Shown here piece after piece: positions 8,602 to 18,760 of a stretch of 64,000 nt of DNA. Origin of the DNA: a virus. Taxonomy: Duplodnaviria > Heunggongvirae > Uroviricota > Caudoviricetes. The notes under the pieces are model-generated. The model worked only from the letters and a program-made list of their open reading frames with translations. It was not told where the DNA came from and made no database searches. Within the stretch, counting starts at the first letter, position 1, and the number at the start of each line of letters is the position of its first letter. The position numbers and the translations under genes were made by a program. The DNA lies in IMG/VR virus record IMGVR_UViG_3300023179_000049; one strand, 5' to 3'.

Positions 8602-9543
8602 TTATTTTTTATTAATTTCTCCTATGATTTGTCCGAACATCGCTGCTACGTTGATATCTTTATTTACGCTAAAACTATCCTTATACTGATATTCAGCAAT
8701 GATTAATATAATAGGCCCTATATGACCACTTCCATATGATTCAATTTCATCATACATTAATCTATACAAATCCGCAAAATCTTTTATCTTAGCATCTGCA
8801 ATTGTTTGTCTAATATTCGTAAAGCAATCTTTAGGATTCTTTTCTGATTTAAGAATATCAATACATTTCATTGCATAGCTTCCGCGTTCTGCAATTCCTT
8901 TAGATATAGTTAATTCTCCGTTAGATGAATGTTGTTGACAAAGATTAATAACTTTCCTGATATCAGGATATCCTTCATTAACTAATGTTGCAACATCTTT
9001 AATATCATATATAATGTTTTCGTTATTTAAAATCTTTACTATTCTTTCCGCAACTTCTTTTTTGCTAGGAGGAATGATTTGAAATACTTGACATCTACTT
9101 TGAATAGCAGGAATAATTCTATCTACATAATTACAAGTAAGAATAAAACGAGCATGTTTACTAAATGTTTCCATTAAGTTACGAAGAGCGGCTTGTCCAT
9201 TAATCGTGACATAATCACTTTCATCTAAAATAACTACTTTAAACTTATTAAAACTAATCGTACTTACAAAAGACTTAATCTTATCTCTAATAACATCAAC
9301 TGAGTTTTCATCAGAAGCATTAATATAAAGAGTTTCAAATCCAAAGGTGTTAGTAATTAATTTAGCACAGCTCGTTTTACCAGTACCTGGAGGCCCATAT
9401 AATAAAAGATGAGGAATATCTTCTTTTTGAAGATACTGCCCTATCTTTTCTTTTATATGCTCATTCCCAATATAATCATTAATGGTTACGGGGCGATACT
9501 TCTCACAAAAAATGTCGTGTTCTTGATATATACTAATTGACAT
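8602..9543 (-). CDS. clamp loader large subunit (gp44/RFC-like AAA+ ATPase)
   Basis: Walker A 'YGPPGTGKTS', Walker B 'VVILDESD', SRC motif 'IQSRCQVF'. Confidence 0.8.
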   Translation of the reverse strand: MSISIYQEHDIFCEKYRPVTINDYIGNEHIKEKIGQYLQKEDIPHLLLYGPPGTGKTSCAKLITNTFGFETLYINASDENSVDVIRDKIKSFVSTISFNKFKVVILDESDYVTINGQAALRNLMETFSKHARFILTCNYVDRIIPAIQSRCQVFQIIPPSKKEVAERIVKILNNENIIYDIKDVATLVNEGYPDIRKVINLCQQHSSNGELTISKGIAERGSYAMKCIDILKSEKNPKDCFTNIRQTIADAKIKDFADLYRLMYDEIESYGSGHIGPIILIIAEYQYKDSFSVNKDINVAAMFGQIIGEINKK

Positions 9544-9835
9544 TCTTAGAAGCTAAGTCGGTTGTAAACATATAACGATATCTCATTAATAATCTTTGCA
9601 TCTTTTGACGAGATTTATATTCTTCAAAAGTCTCTACATCACTACGTTTGTTTGGTAATGCTGTAATATCATTAACTAATCTTAAGTTAGAATCTAAAGA
9701 TTCATCAATAATCCAATTTACAAATCTAAAGTGCTGTTTAGCACCGATTACATAACTTGGAACAGACATATTCATATTCTTTAAAAATGATTCTTTAAGT
9801 CTGTTTGTTTCGTGTATAATTGCTGTGTTTATCAT
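9533..9835 (-). CDS. hypothetical protein
   Basis: 100-aa ORF between clamp-like and clamp-loader genes. Confidence 0.35.
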   Translation of the reverse strand: MINTAIIHETNRLKESFLKNMNMSVPSYVIGAKQHFRFVNWIIDESLDSNLRLVNDITALPNKRSDVETFEEYKSRQKMQRLLMRYRYMFTTDLASKNVN

Positions 9836-9844
9836 GATATAATG

Positions 9845-10561
9845 TTATTGAATTGAAAGCTGTACAAGATAATACGTACTATTAAAATCTTTACCTGCAA
9901 AAGTAACTCTAGCTAATCCTTGCCCAGATACTTCAAATATTCCTGATTCTGCTCCTTTATTTGCAGTTAAGATTTCTTTAAAGATATTTGCAGAGAAACA
10001 AGTAGCACTTAATTTATTATGCGATGTAGCTTCAACATTAAACTTAATTCTATTAGTATTTACTGTCGAATAGTTAAGTAAGATTTCTGAAGCTATTGCA
10101 TCTGATACTACCGCAAAATTTTCTGCTTCTGGCATACCATTCTTAGCTTTTAAGAATTTTTCAGAGAATTCTTTAGTAATATTAATGCTCACATCAAATT
10201 GAGGAAGTGTTTTTACTTTTGGAACTGCTTTAATAACAGATAAATCCGCTAACATATAAGTAATCGATGTATTCTTATCTTCAACGATCATCGAGAATAC
10301 TTTATCTACAACTTTAACGAACTTAATCTCTACTGAATCATCTAATACAGAAAGCATTTTTAATAATTGACTCGTAGTATATACTGCCAACTCTGCATCT
10401 TCCATATCAACGGATTGTAATGTAACTTCTCCAATTACATTTTGATTTGCGGAAATAAAAGAACATAATAACTGTCCTTCTTTTACAACTAACTTAACAC
10501 TGTCGGTATTACCAGCTAAATAATAGCGGTTGATAAACGATACCAATTTTTCTTTTTGCAT
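9845..10561 (-). CDS. putative sliding clamp (gp45-like)
   Basis: 238 aa, size and position (immediately upstream of clamp loader) as in T4-like phages; no strong motif. Confidence 0.4.
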   Translation of the reverse strand: MQKEKLVSFINRYYLAGNTDSVKLVVKEGQLLCSFISANQNVIGEVTLQSVDMEDAELAVYTTSQLLKMLSVLDDSVEIKFVKVVDKVFSMIVEDKNTSITYMLADLSVIKAVPKVKTLPQFDVSINITKEFSEKFLKAKNGMPEAENFAVVSDAIASEILLNYSTVNTNRIKFNVEATSHNKLSATCFSANIFKEILTANKGAESGIFEVSGQGLARVTFAGKDFNSTYYLVQLSIQ

Positions 10562-10599
10562 AACTTATTTTTTATTTTCTTAATTATAATGATTTTATT

Positions 10600-11808
10600 T
10601 TAATTTTCAAAGAAACTACTTAAAATTTCTCTGTTTTGGCTAGGAACCCAATCTCCTCCATAATTTACATAGTAATGTCTATACTTCTCGTAAATTTTAT
10701 ATGCATTATCTGGCTGATCGAACATTTCATGTATTGATTTAAGTATAATATACATATCATTAGGAACAACGCCTTGTAATAACTCTACATCTCCAGAACA
10801 AAAATCTGCAATATCATACATACCTTTATTAAATACTAATAAATTTTGAATAGTAGCTCTGTCATAATATTCTTGTTTATAATCATTAACTACGCCCATT
10901 GTAAAGTTTTTAGATACCGGTGTATGATAAAGAACAGGTATTGGTTTTGTTTCTGTATACTTAATATCTCTAGAAACATGCATTTGCGTCCAATTTAATG
11001 TTCCAAAATTCGGAGCTAAAATAATATCTCCATATACTGGAAATTGTCCTGGCGAAGAACTATCCGTCATTAATTGAATTTTACCACCATAATGCTTATT
11101 TAAAAGCGCTTGATAAGTTCCAAGTACAAAAAAATCAGATACTTTAGAAATACCTAGCATATGAATAAATTCATTTCTTGGATTTTCAAATTCGCGATTC
11201 TCTAAGAATAAAGCAATAGTATAAATAAAATCTACTAATCTACGACTACCTCCAACACACCATCCTTTAAAATCAAAATGCTTAACGGTATCATACCATA
11301 AATTCCATTGACTAGGATTATTTCCTTGAAGTACGTTTAAAAATTTAGTTTTACCTTGTTGCTTATTAGCAAAGTATTTAAAGTTATCATAACTAAAATC
11401 TAATGATTCTTGAAACTTGCCTTCATAGGACATACGTGGCGGAATATCTAAATTTGCAGCAACATCTGAATTTTCTTCTAAGAATGCTAAGATTTGATCT
11501 CTAATACCTACATCCCATTTAATAGCCCCTGATGCAATCTGGAAACCTCCAGAATCGCCAAATGTAAATACATTCTCTAATCCGAATGTTATACGAGCAT
11601 CCATCTTTTTATAAAAATGCCCTGCCGTAATTAAGAAGTATGGGTGGCGAAATTCTTCTGGAAAATCTTCCGCATAAAATCTAGTTGTTAAACCAGGTTC
11701 AACTTCTCTATTCTTTTTTAAAGAAGCTGCTGTTCCTCCTGCGGATAATGAAGGAATAAATAATGGCTTTCTGTTTGGGTTTGGTGCTGTGATTTTTGAT
11801 AAATCCAT
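10600..11808 (-). CDS. tRNA-guanine transglycosylase-like protein (DpdA-like 7-deazaguanine DNA transglycosylase candidate)
   Basis: 'FGDSGGFQ' (TGT catalytic Asp motif), downstream 'NLDIPP', 'LNVLQGNN', 'GWCVGGS', 'HMLGIS' in TGT order; no C-terminal zinc Cys cluster. Confidence 0.6.
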   Translation of the reverse strand: MDLSKITAPNPNRKPLFIPSLSAGGTAASLKKNREVEPGLTTRFYAEDFPEEFRHPYFLITAGHFYKKMDARITFGLENVFTFGDSGGFQIASGAIKWDVGIRDQILAFLEENSDVAANLDIPPRMSYEGKFQESLDFSYDNFKYFANKQQGKTKFLNVLQGNNPSQWNLWYDTVKHFDFKGWCVGGSRRLVDFIYTIALFLENREFENPRNEFIHMLGISKVSDFFVLGTYQALLNKHYGGKIQLMTDSSSPGQFPVYGDIILAPNFGTLNWTQMHVSRDIKYTETKPIPVLYHTPVSKNFTMGVVNDYKQEYYDRATIQNLLVFNKGMYDIADFCSGDVELLQGVVPNDMYIILKSIHEMFDQPDNAYKIYEKYRHYYVNYGGDWVPSQNREILSSFFEN

Positions 11809-11870
11809 TTTATAACTTATTTTTTATATAATATAAAGATATTATTTCATATATCCTAATGTATGAACAT
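11809..11870 (-). promoter_or_regulatory. conserved intergenic promoter-like motif (variant)
   Basis: Minus-strand 'CATTAGGATATATGAAATAATATCTTTATATTATA' shares the ATTAGGAAATATGAAAT core with 4 other intergenic sites. Confidence 0.4.
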
Positions 11871-11890
11871 AAAAAAAGCCCTTTCGGGCT
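11871..11890 (-). terminator. rho-independent terminator
   Basis: Minus-strand hairpin AGCCCGAAAGGGCT followed by T7 run, at stop of 11890..12699. Confidence 0.6.
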
Positions 11891-12699
11891 TAATTATTTG
11901 TTAAGTTATTTTTTAATTCTTCAATAAATGACTTATATAAATGTGTACCATAATCTTCCTTTAATATAATAGAAACGGCTTTTGCTAAATCTACATATGA
12001 CAGATTAGGATCTATTTGCTCAATAGAATTTGATAATATATTAGCAAGTTGATATGCTTTACCAGATATATCTTGTTCTTTTAATTTCTTTTTAGGTCTT
12101 TTATTGAAACTATCAAATTTATCTACCGGCGCTGGTCCGGTTTTCTTTATTATGTATAAAGTAATAAACGAAAGGGTTGCAATGGTAAAGAATACAAAAA
12201 ATGCATACATTCCTAATTTAAACCAAATACTTCCTTCAGCTGCTTGGGCACCATACATATCAACCATAATCTTCATTACATCTGATTCAGCCATTCCTTG
12301 TATTGTTTTATAATACCATTGATTAAATGATCTGTCTATATACTGTAAACCACCTGCAACAGATAATATTCCACTTACAAAAGAACCTATCCCTCCACCT
12401 AATAAACCACCTTTTGCAAATTGTTTAAGTCTATCTACAAAGCCTTCATTTAAGCTTTGTGAGTCTGTTTCTAACTCCATTTGGGCTTTTTCCATAGCTC
12501 CTTGTGGAAGGGGCTTAGTAGTTAAGTTATCTATATTAACGTGATTAGAAGCTTCTTCGTAGTTAGCTTTAGCAGCTTTTACTGCCGCTGCTTTAATCTT
12601 TGATAAAAAGTCTGTTAGCTTAGATTCAGTTAGTTGTTGTTCAAATACTGCTAGTTGAATCTCTTCTTTGATCAATTGATTAAGTTCTGATTTTTTCAT
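11890..12699 (-). CDS. membrane protein with glycine-zipper/TM segments
   Basis: 269 aa; 'GGLLGGGIGSFVSGILSVAGG' and a second TM; N-terminus 'MKKSELNQLIKEEI' recurs in other ORFs. Confidence 0.4.
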   Translation of the reverse strand: MKKSELNQLIKEEIQLAVFEQQLTESKLTDFLSKIKAAAVKAAKANYEEASNHVNIDNLTTKPLPQGAMEKAQMELETDSQSLNEGFVDRLKQFAKGGLLGGGIGSFVSGILSVAGGLQYIDRSFNQWYYKTIQGMAESDVMKIMVDMYGAQAAEGSIWFKLGMYAFFVFFTIATLSFITLYIIKKTGPAPVDKFDSFNKRPKKKLKEQDISGKAYQLANILSNSIEQIDPNLSYVDLAKAVSIILKEDYGTHLYKSFIEELKNNLTNN

Positions 12700-12716
12700 A
12701 TTTATATTTAATATAA

Positions 12717-13826
12717 TTATTGTTCCAAATAAAAAACATTATCTTTTAACGCTTCTATTCTATAATAATTGGTATCTAAATGTTTCGCCCATTCTTCAAT
12801 ACCTTCTTTATATATATCATAGTTCTCCATACGGTCTTTGATATAATCTATAATTGTTGTATAGTTTTCCGTGTAATTTAAATAACTTAATGTCCAATGT
12901 GAAGGATATCTCCATTTTTCTGGAACTATTTCTTTAAAGTTTAATCTGTCAGGTGCTAATGGTATTGATCCGTGCATTATAGCTTCAAAGGCTGTTATAG
13001 AAGAAGAGTCAATTAAATCTAAGATTAACACATATTTAGAAGAAGCTAATAATCCATGATATTGAGTTTCGTTTGGCATTTTATCTTCTATACATACCCA
13101 TTCGTATTGAGGCAATGCTCGTTGCAGTTCACGAAAAATAATCATGTTACGATCTACCGTACCTTTATCGGCAAATAAAATCATATCACGTTTCTTTGTT
13201 TTTTTAAATTGCTCAGCATAATCACGTACATGAGCCATTGGAGGTCCGGCTTTTTGAACTCGTCCTGGAGTATTAAATAAATGCTTTGCTCCGAATGTTT
13301 TAAATAAGCTCTTAAGTAAAGATAAATGATAATCACTATCATAATAGTTATGATTAATAGCAGCTACTAAAGCTCGTTCTGCATTTTTTTGCCATGTTAA
13401 TGTTTTGGCAAATGAAAGATATGATGTTTTATTAAATGACCCAGATTGCCAAAATCCATGAATCCAAACAGGCGTACGATATACTGTAGATAAATAACGT
13501 AACTGAAAAATAGCAGGGTTCCAGGCATCCATAAAAATAAAATGATCTCCTTGATGAACTTCTTTATTGTAAAAAAGCTCCGCAAATCTAGTAGACTGCG
13601 AAGCTTGTTGATTTACAATATCTTTAAATGTTAATGGACTATTATCTATAATTGATAATGTATTTGGCTGAATATCATAAAGAGTCTTTACTTGATACTT
13701 AAGTGATTTCTTTTGTATATACTCCTCTAAACAATCTCGAAGATTATTTTGCCAATTACGTATATATTTTAATTCAATAGTCTTACTGTCTAAGATATAT
13801 ATCGTCTTCATTATACTAATTCGCAA
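12717..13826 (-). CDS. hypothetical protein, possible GT-B fold glycosyltransferase
   Basis: C-terminal 'SITAFEAIMHGSIPLAP' resembles the E...G.P donor-binding motif of GT-B (GT1/GT4) enzymes; weak. Confidence 0.3.
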   Translation of the reverse strand: MRISIMKTIYILDSKTIELKYIRNWQNNLRDCLEEYIQKKSLKYQVKTLYDIQPNTLSIIDNSPLTFKDIVNQQASQSTRFAELFYNKEVHQGDHFIFMDAWNPAIFQLRYLSTVYRTPVWIHGFWQSGSFNKTSYLSFAKTLTWQKNAERALVAAINHNYYDSDYHLSLLKSLFKTFGAKHLFNTPGRVQKAGPPMAHVRDYAEQFKKTKKRDMILFADKGTVDRNMIIFRELQRALPQYEWVCIEDKMPNETQYHGLLASSKYVLILDLIDSSSITAFEAIMHGSIPLAPDRLNFKEIVPEKWRYPSHWTLSYLNYTENYTTIIDYIKDRMENYDIYKEGIEEWAKHLDTNYYRIEALKDNVFYLEQ

Positions 13827-14170
13827 CGCGCACCATTTTCATTATCTTCCCAAACTTCAACCCAATTACATCCAAATTCATTAAGTATTTCTTTTGCGAG
13901 CATTTCGCAAGATCTATGATCAAATAAATGACTTCGAGAAGATTCATTATAATATTTTTCTTTAAGATAATCTATAATATCGCGCTTAAACATTATAAAT
14001 TCTTTATCTCGATCATCATGAAATACTTCTAACGAAGCTTTAAATGTGAATATGTGTCTGTGATAGTCAGATAAGAATCCTACTTCTGGAAATATATCTT
14101 TTGCAGATTCCCATCTATGAATCCCATCCACATTAACGCTAACTATAACTGTTGTTTTTAAATCTTGCAT
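13811..14170 (-). CDS. hypothetical protein
   Basis: 119-aa ORF immediately downstream of DNA polymerase. Confidence 0.35.
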   Translation of the reverse strand: MQDLKTTVIVSVNVDGIHRWESAKDIFPEVGFLSDYHRHIFTFKASLEVFHDDRDKEFIMFKRDIIDYLKEKYYNESSRSHLFDHRSCEMLAKEILNEFGCNWVEVWEDNENGARCELV

Positions 14171-14192
14171 ATTATAATATAATAAAAACTAA

Positions 14193-16736
14193 TTAAAATT
14201 CAAAGAAATTTTTTCCGTAATTATTCTTCGGCACTTCTGACCAACCTAATGCTCCAAAGAAATCATTAAGTTTATTTTCTAAGGAAGCTTCAAAGATGCT
14301 CGTATAATCGATATATTCCTTAACGATAGAATAGATATCCATTGGATCATTAAAGCCCGTTAAAGCTAAAGTTTCGATACCTAATCGATTAGGTTTTAGG
14401 TAAGTCCATTTTATTTTATCTCCGTCACTAATAGGTGCCATAGAATTAATTTTAAAGTGCTCTAATAAGTCATTAAAATTAGCAGCAGACTTTGCATGAA
14501 TAGGCATACCTTTTGGTCTTGTTTTAAATATAGACCCAGTTTTCTTACAAGGATACTTACTTAATTCTTTAATACCAGAGATGGTCATAATATCATAAAT
14601 GTCTAATGAAGGTAATGAATCTTTAAGCTCAAATATCTTATCAACGATTTCTTGCTTTTCTGCTTTATTAAGAATATCAATAATAATGCCTGACATAAAT
14701 CCTCTAAATGCTTTTGGAAATGAAGATCTTACAACATCCAATCCTTTTACATCTAGTTTATATTCTTTTTTACCATTTGTCATTTTAGATATACTTACAC
14801 CCTTTTCAGAGATAATTTTTTGAGCATATCGCTTTTTTGCAATCCACATTGCTGTTTCAGATACATATTCTTGTTTTGTTTGGAAATAATGTTCTGTTGC
14901 ATTAAATGCGTTCTTTGCAAAATCATCGAAAGTTGAATTAATAACACTTTCACAAGCTACGGCTAATTTAAAAGTAATATCTGAACATTCTTCTTTAGTT
15001 AATTCACGTCCTTGATTTCTTTGCATCTTTTTAATTAACGGCATTGCTGAAAAGAATGCAGAATCTGTATCAATATACAATACATAATCAATACCGCTCG
15101 TTCCTAATTTTTGGTTTAGCCATTCATTAGCATAAGACGTTTTATGCATAATAACTGCTTTACCTCCTAATGTCGTCCCTTCAGCATTGTCGATATCATA
15201 AAATCTAAAACCAGCATTACCTAATACACCGTATAATGAATTAGATAAGATCTTCATAGTTAACTGACGTGAATCAAAGAAACGATACATTTTTTCATTA
15301 CCGCCTTCTCCATATTTCTTCGCAAGTTGTCGATATTCTGTTCTTTCTGTATCCCATTTTTCTAAGATAGATGGAACTAATCCTTTTGTTTTAAGATCAT
15401 ATATTACGCCAACAGCTGAGATAGAAAAGTTATTTTCTTCTAAGAATCTTCTTAGCTCCATTCCTTTCCAAGATTTAGATTTATACTTATATACATAAGT
15501 TTCATCATTCTTCATGAATTTTGTATGGTCCCAATTTTCAATCTTACATACCTTAGTTTCAGGAGAAATATTAATTGTTCTTTGAGTCGAAGGATAAAGA
15601 GCTTTTAAGTCCAAGTCAAATACCCATTCATATAATCCTGGTTTAGGATCTTTTACAAATGCTCCTTCAAATCCATTTTCATCAGAATTTTCTTCTTCAT
15701 CACTTTCTTCTCTTAAAGGTTTATTAGTTGCAATAATTCCTAAACGATTTAAGTAAGTAAGACAAGCTCCGTCCAAATATCTACTTGATGCAAATACATC
15801 TTCATAAGGAACATGACCTTTATGAGCAATGTTTCTTGCTAATGTAATAAAATCAAGCTTTTCATCTAAATCAACAACTAATTGAACGTCATTAATATTA
15901 TACTCAATAAACTTCTCTAAGTCTGTTTTATAAAGATTATCTAAATCTCCATCATACTTTATCTTTCCACGTCCTAATTCTTTTTGAGATATAAATTCTA
16001 AAGCATAAGACGGTTCTTCGTTATAAGTAAATGATCGATATAAGTACATATAATCTAAAGCAGCAACACCTCCAATATTCATTTTATCTTTACGAAAGTC
16101 TTTTGAAACTACTCCAACTGGACTTAATTGCTTTGCAACATTTGCCCCTAGAAGCTTTTTAGTTCTGTTATAAATATAAGGGACGTCAAATCCATCTATA
16201 TTCCATCCAGTTAAAATATCTGGACTGATTTCTAGATAAAGCTGAAAGAATCTGTTTAGTAAGTCTTTTTCTGTTGAAAATGCTTCGAATATATACTTAT
16301 CTGTTCTTTTATTTTTTGTAAGATGTTCTTTATCCAATAATAATACATTCCAATCTTTAGAAATATTATCATATAAAGTTATTGCTGTTACTTCGTTATC
16401 TGCATCCCATGGGGTAGAATAACCATCACCTTTTGATACTTCAATATCAAAAAACAATGTAGTTATGTTTTCTGAAATATCATCTGTATCACCGTAATTA
16501 TCGATTAAAACACGTATTTCAGGTCTTATGTCTGATTCATATATAATACCTCTTTGTTCATCTTCTTTATCCCAATTATATACTTTTTCTACACGATTAC
16601 CGTCTAAAGCAGTATGCTTTCCGTTCGGAGCTTTGATATAAGCATATTTCTTATACTTAAAATTAAGACGACCTTTTTTATCATCCCAAACAATTACTTC
16701 GTTTTGTTCTCTATTGTAATATACGTTTTTATACAT
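14193..16736 (-). CDS. family B DNA polymerase (T4 gp43-like)
   Basis: Exo I 'FFDIEVS', 'YNINDV', pol motif A 'DLDLKALYPS', motif C 'YIDTDS'; 847 aa. Confidence 0.9.
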   Translation of the reverse strand: MYKNVYYNREQNEVIVWDDKKGRLNFKYKKYAYIKAPNGKHTALDGNRVEKVYNWDKEDEQRGIIYESDIRPEIRVLIDNYGDTDDISENITTLFFDIEVSKGDGYSTPWDADNEVTAITLYDNISKDWNVLLLDKEHLTKNKRTDKYIFEAFSTEKDLLNRFFQLYLEISPDILTGWNIDGFDVPYIYNRTKKLLGANVAKQLSPVGVVSKDFRKDKMNIGGVAALDYMYLYRSFTYNEEPSYALEFISQKELGRGKIKYDGDLDNLYKTDLEKFIEYNINDVQLVVDLDEKLDFITLARNIAHKGHVPYEDVFASSRYLDGACLTYLNRLGIIATNKPLREESDEEENSDENGFEGAFVKDPKPGLYEWVFDLDLKALYPSTQRTINISPETKVCKIENWDHTKFMKNDETYVYKYKSKSWKGMELRRFLEENNFSISAVGVIYDLKTKGLVPSILEKWDTERTEYRQLAKKYGEGGNEKMYRFFDSRQLTMKILSNSLYGVLGNAGFRFYDIDNAEGTTLGGKAVIMHKTSYANEWLNQKLGTSGIDYVLYIDTDSAFFSAMPLIKKMQRNQGRELTKEECSDITFKLAVACESVINSTFDDFAKNAFNATEHYFQTKQEYVSETAMWIAKKRYAQKIISEKGVSISKMTNGKKEYKLDVKGLDVVRSSFPKAFRGFMSGIIIDILNKAEKQEIVDKIFELKDSLPSLDIYDIMTISGIKELSKYPCKKTGSIFKTRPKGMPIHAKSAANFNDLLEHFKINSMAPISDGDKIKWTYLKPNRLGIETLALTGFNDPMDIYSIVKEYIDYTSIFEASLENKLNDFFGALGWSEVPKNNYGKNFFEF

Positions 16737-16739
16737 TTG

Positions 16740-17237
16740 TTAATGTTTTTTTATTGTTATAGGATATAATCCTTTATTGTTTTGAGTAATATCAAACTGC
16801 AGAAGAATTGCTCCATTATAATTTACTTTCTTAAATAAAGTATCATTATTACTTAATAAAGCATCTACTACCAACTTTCGCATTTCATTTAAATCATACA
16901 TTACATAAGTGTTAGTATATGTATTTACATGATAGATTCGGTCAGCTCGGCTCGAAAAGAACCAACCGAGCTTTCCGTGATCTTGAATCTCTACTTTAAA
17001 ATGATGGTCCCAATCGCAATACAAATTATTTTTACAGTCTAGATAATATTCTCGTAACCACTCTGGCTTCTTAATACTAAAGTCATAACCGCGCTTTTGA
17101 TGTTCTACTTGACCAGCATAATCAGTTACTTCATAACCATATGATTGTAATATTGATTTAAGCCATTCTTCTCCGATTTGTCCTTTAGTGCCAGTTACTG
17201 GAAATCTCTCTGTTAAGGTTGTATTGTATTGAGCCAC
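16740..17237 (-). CDS. hypothetical protein
   Basis: 165-aa ORF. Confidence 0.4.
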   Translation of the reverse strand: MAQYNTTLTERFPVTGTKGQIGEEWLKSILQSYGYEVTDYAGQVEHQKRGYDFSIKKPEWLREYYLDCKNNLYCDWDHHFKVEIQDHGKLGWFFSSRADRIYHVNTYTNTYVMYDLNEMRKLVVDALLSNNDTLFKKVNYNGAILLQFDITQNNKGLYPITIKKH

Positions 17238-17238
17238 T

Positions 17239-17865
17239 TTATTTTAAGTTCTTAACGAAATTATAAAATTCTTCTCTTACTTTAGCATCGTCTTTAAATG
17301 CTCCTGTTAATTTTGAAGTAATCATTGTCGAATCATGTTGGATACCTCTTAAACAAGCGCATTGATGACCTGCTTTAATCATTACTGCAACTCCTAAGTT
17401 AAACTCACAAGTCTTATCTAAGTAGTCAGAGATTTGCATAGTTAGGTTCTCTTGGACCTGCGGCATACGACAAAAATAATCTACAACGCGATTTAATTTA
17501 CTTAATCCAATTACTTTACCATTAGGCGCTGGAAGATATGCAACATACGCTTTACCTACAAAAGGAAGCGCGTGATGTGAACAAGTAGATTTTACATCTA
17601 TATTACCTTGAAACACCATTCCATCATATCTATCTGTATTAGAAAATGCTGTAATTTTAGGAGGTCCTTGATAAATACCTTTATATAAATCATTAACAAA
17701 TGATTTTGCAACGCGCATCGGTGTATCAGTCATATGTGGATCATTTTTATAATCAAAGCCTAAAGCTGTTAAAAATTCTCCATAAGCTTCTGCGGCATCA
17801 TTTAACATTTCTTGTTTTTCATTCTCATTTAAAATGAGTATTTTATCTACGATTTTTCTTTTCAT
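17239..17865 (-). CDS. folE: GTP cyclohydrolase I (FolE)
   Basis: 'DTPMRVAKSF', 'CSHHALPF', 'PQVQENLT', 'HQCACLRG' - hallmark FolE motifs. Confidence 0.9.
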   Translation of the reverse strand: MKRKIVDKILILNENEKQEMLNDAAEAYGEFLTALGFDYKNDPHMTDTPMRVAKSFVNDLYKGIYQGPPKITAFSNTDRYDGMVFQGNIDVKSTCSHHALPFVGKAYVAYLPAPNGKVIGLSKLNRVVDYFCRMPQVQENLTMQISDYLDKTCEFNLGVAVMIKAGHQCACLRGIQHDSTMITSKLTGAFKDDAKVREEFYNFVKNLK

Positions 17866-18710
17866 AATAATTGTATAGTTTCTTTAACTTGAATTAATTC
17901 TTTTGAGTCTAACCAAAATATATAAACATTATCGCATAATTCCAAAGCTTTATTTATTTTTAATGCATCAATATTATAAGATTCTAATCTTGTATATTTG
18001 TTAGTTTTTAATGGGCATGCCGGTAACGTTGGATTTTCTAATACATCACTTAATCTATAATGCCATGGACCATTAACTTCTATAATTGTTTGAATATCAT
18101 GCAATCCAGAGTTAATAACTACTAAATCATAAGCTATGGATTTTTTTTTATTTGTTATTGAATTAAATATTACTTGATAATATTCATTACCATTAATGCC
18201 ACCCCCATCATAATAACACTTATCTTCTGATATATTATATTGTCTTAGATATTCTTTAATATATAACCTGGCTATATTACTTTGACGGCCAAGGATTTTT
18301 GAAGAATATTTACCATTTTCAATATTTTTTAATATCGTCTCATTACGTCTTTGAATTAAATCAGGGCATTGTGCTGCCTTTGACATATTCAATCTTCTTT
18401 CTGCAGTATAATATTCTGGCGCGCCGCATTTTAACCTACGAACTTCAATTTGCTCAAATGACTTCATTTGACTTCGTGCCGAACTTGACCTCTGAGATTT
18501 TAACTTCTTAGCGACATCTACTCCATAAATTTCTTCGTATGTTCGTCCACGTGCCCTATCTCCGCACTTAATTTTTAGTTCATCTGTTTTTAACTCAGCA
18601 TCTGGGTATTTAGATTTATATTCTTGCTGAGTAATCCCATGCGTCTTTAAATGTGTATTACTAATATATTTAAAGGCTTTATTGCATATTAAGCATATTA
18701 TGGTGTTCAT
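17862..18710 (-). CDS. free-standing endonuclease, Vsr/DUF559-like nuclease domain with N-terminal zinc finger
   Basis: N-term 'CLICNKAF...HLKTH' C2H2-like; C-term 'IIEVNGPWHY' matches (V/I)IE(V/I)NGxxH motif also in 33805..34710. Confidence 0.5.
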   Translation of the reverse strand: MNTIICLICNKAFKYISNTHLKTHGITQQEYKSKYPDAELKTDELKIKCGDRARGRTYEEIYGVDVAKKLKSQRSSSARSQMKSFEQIEVRRLKCGAPEYYTAERRLNMSKAAQCPDLIQRRNETILKNIENGKYSSKILGRQSNIARLYIKEYLRQYNISEDKCYYDGGGINGNEYYQVIFNSITNKKKSIAYDLVVINSGLHDIQTIIEVNGPWHYRLSDVLENPTLPACPLKTNKYTRLESYNIDALKINKALELCDNVYIFWLDSKELIQVKETIQLL

Positions 18711-18760
18711 ATCATATATGTATTTATAATATATATGATGTTAGCACATAAATCTCATCA

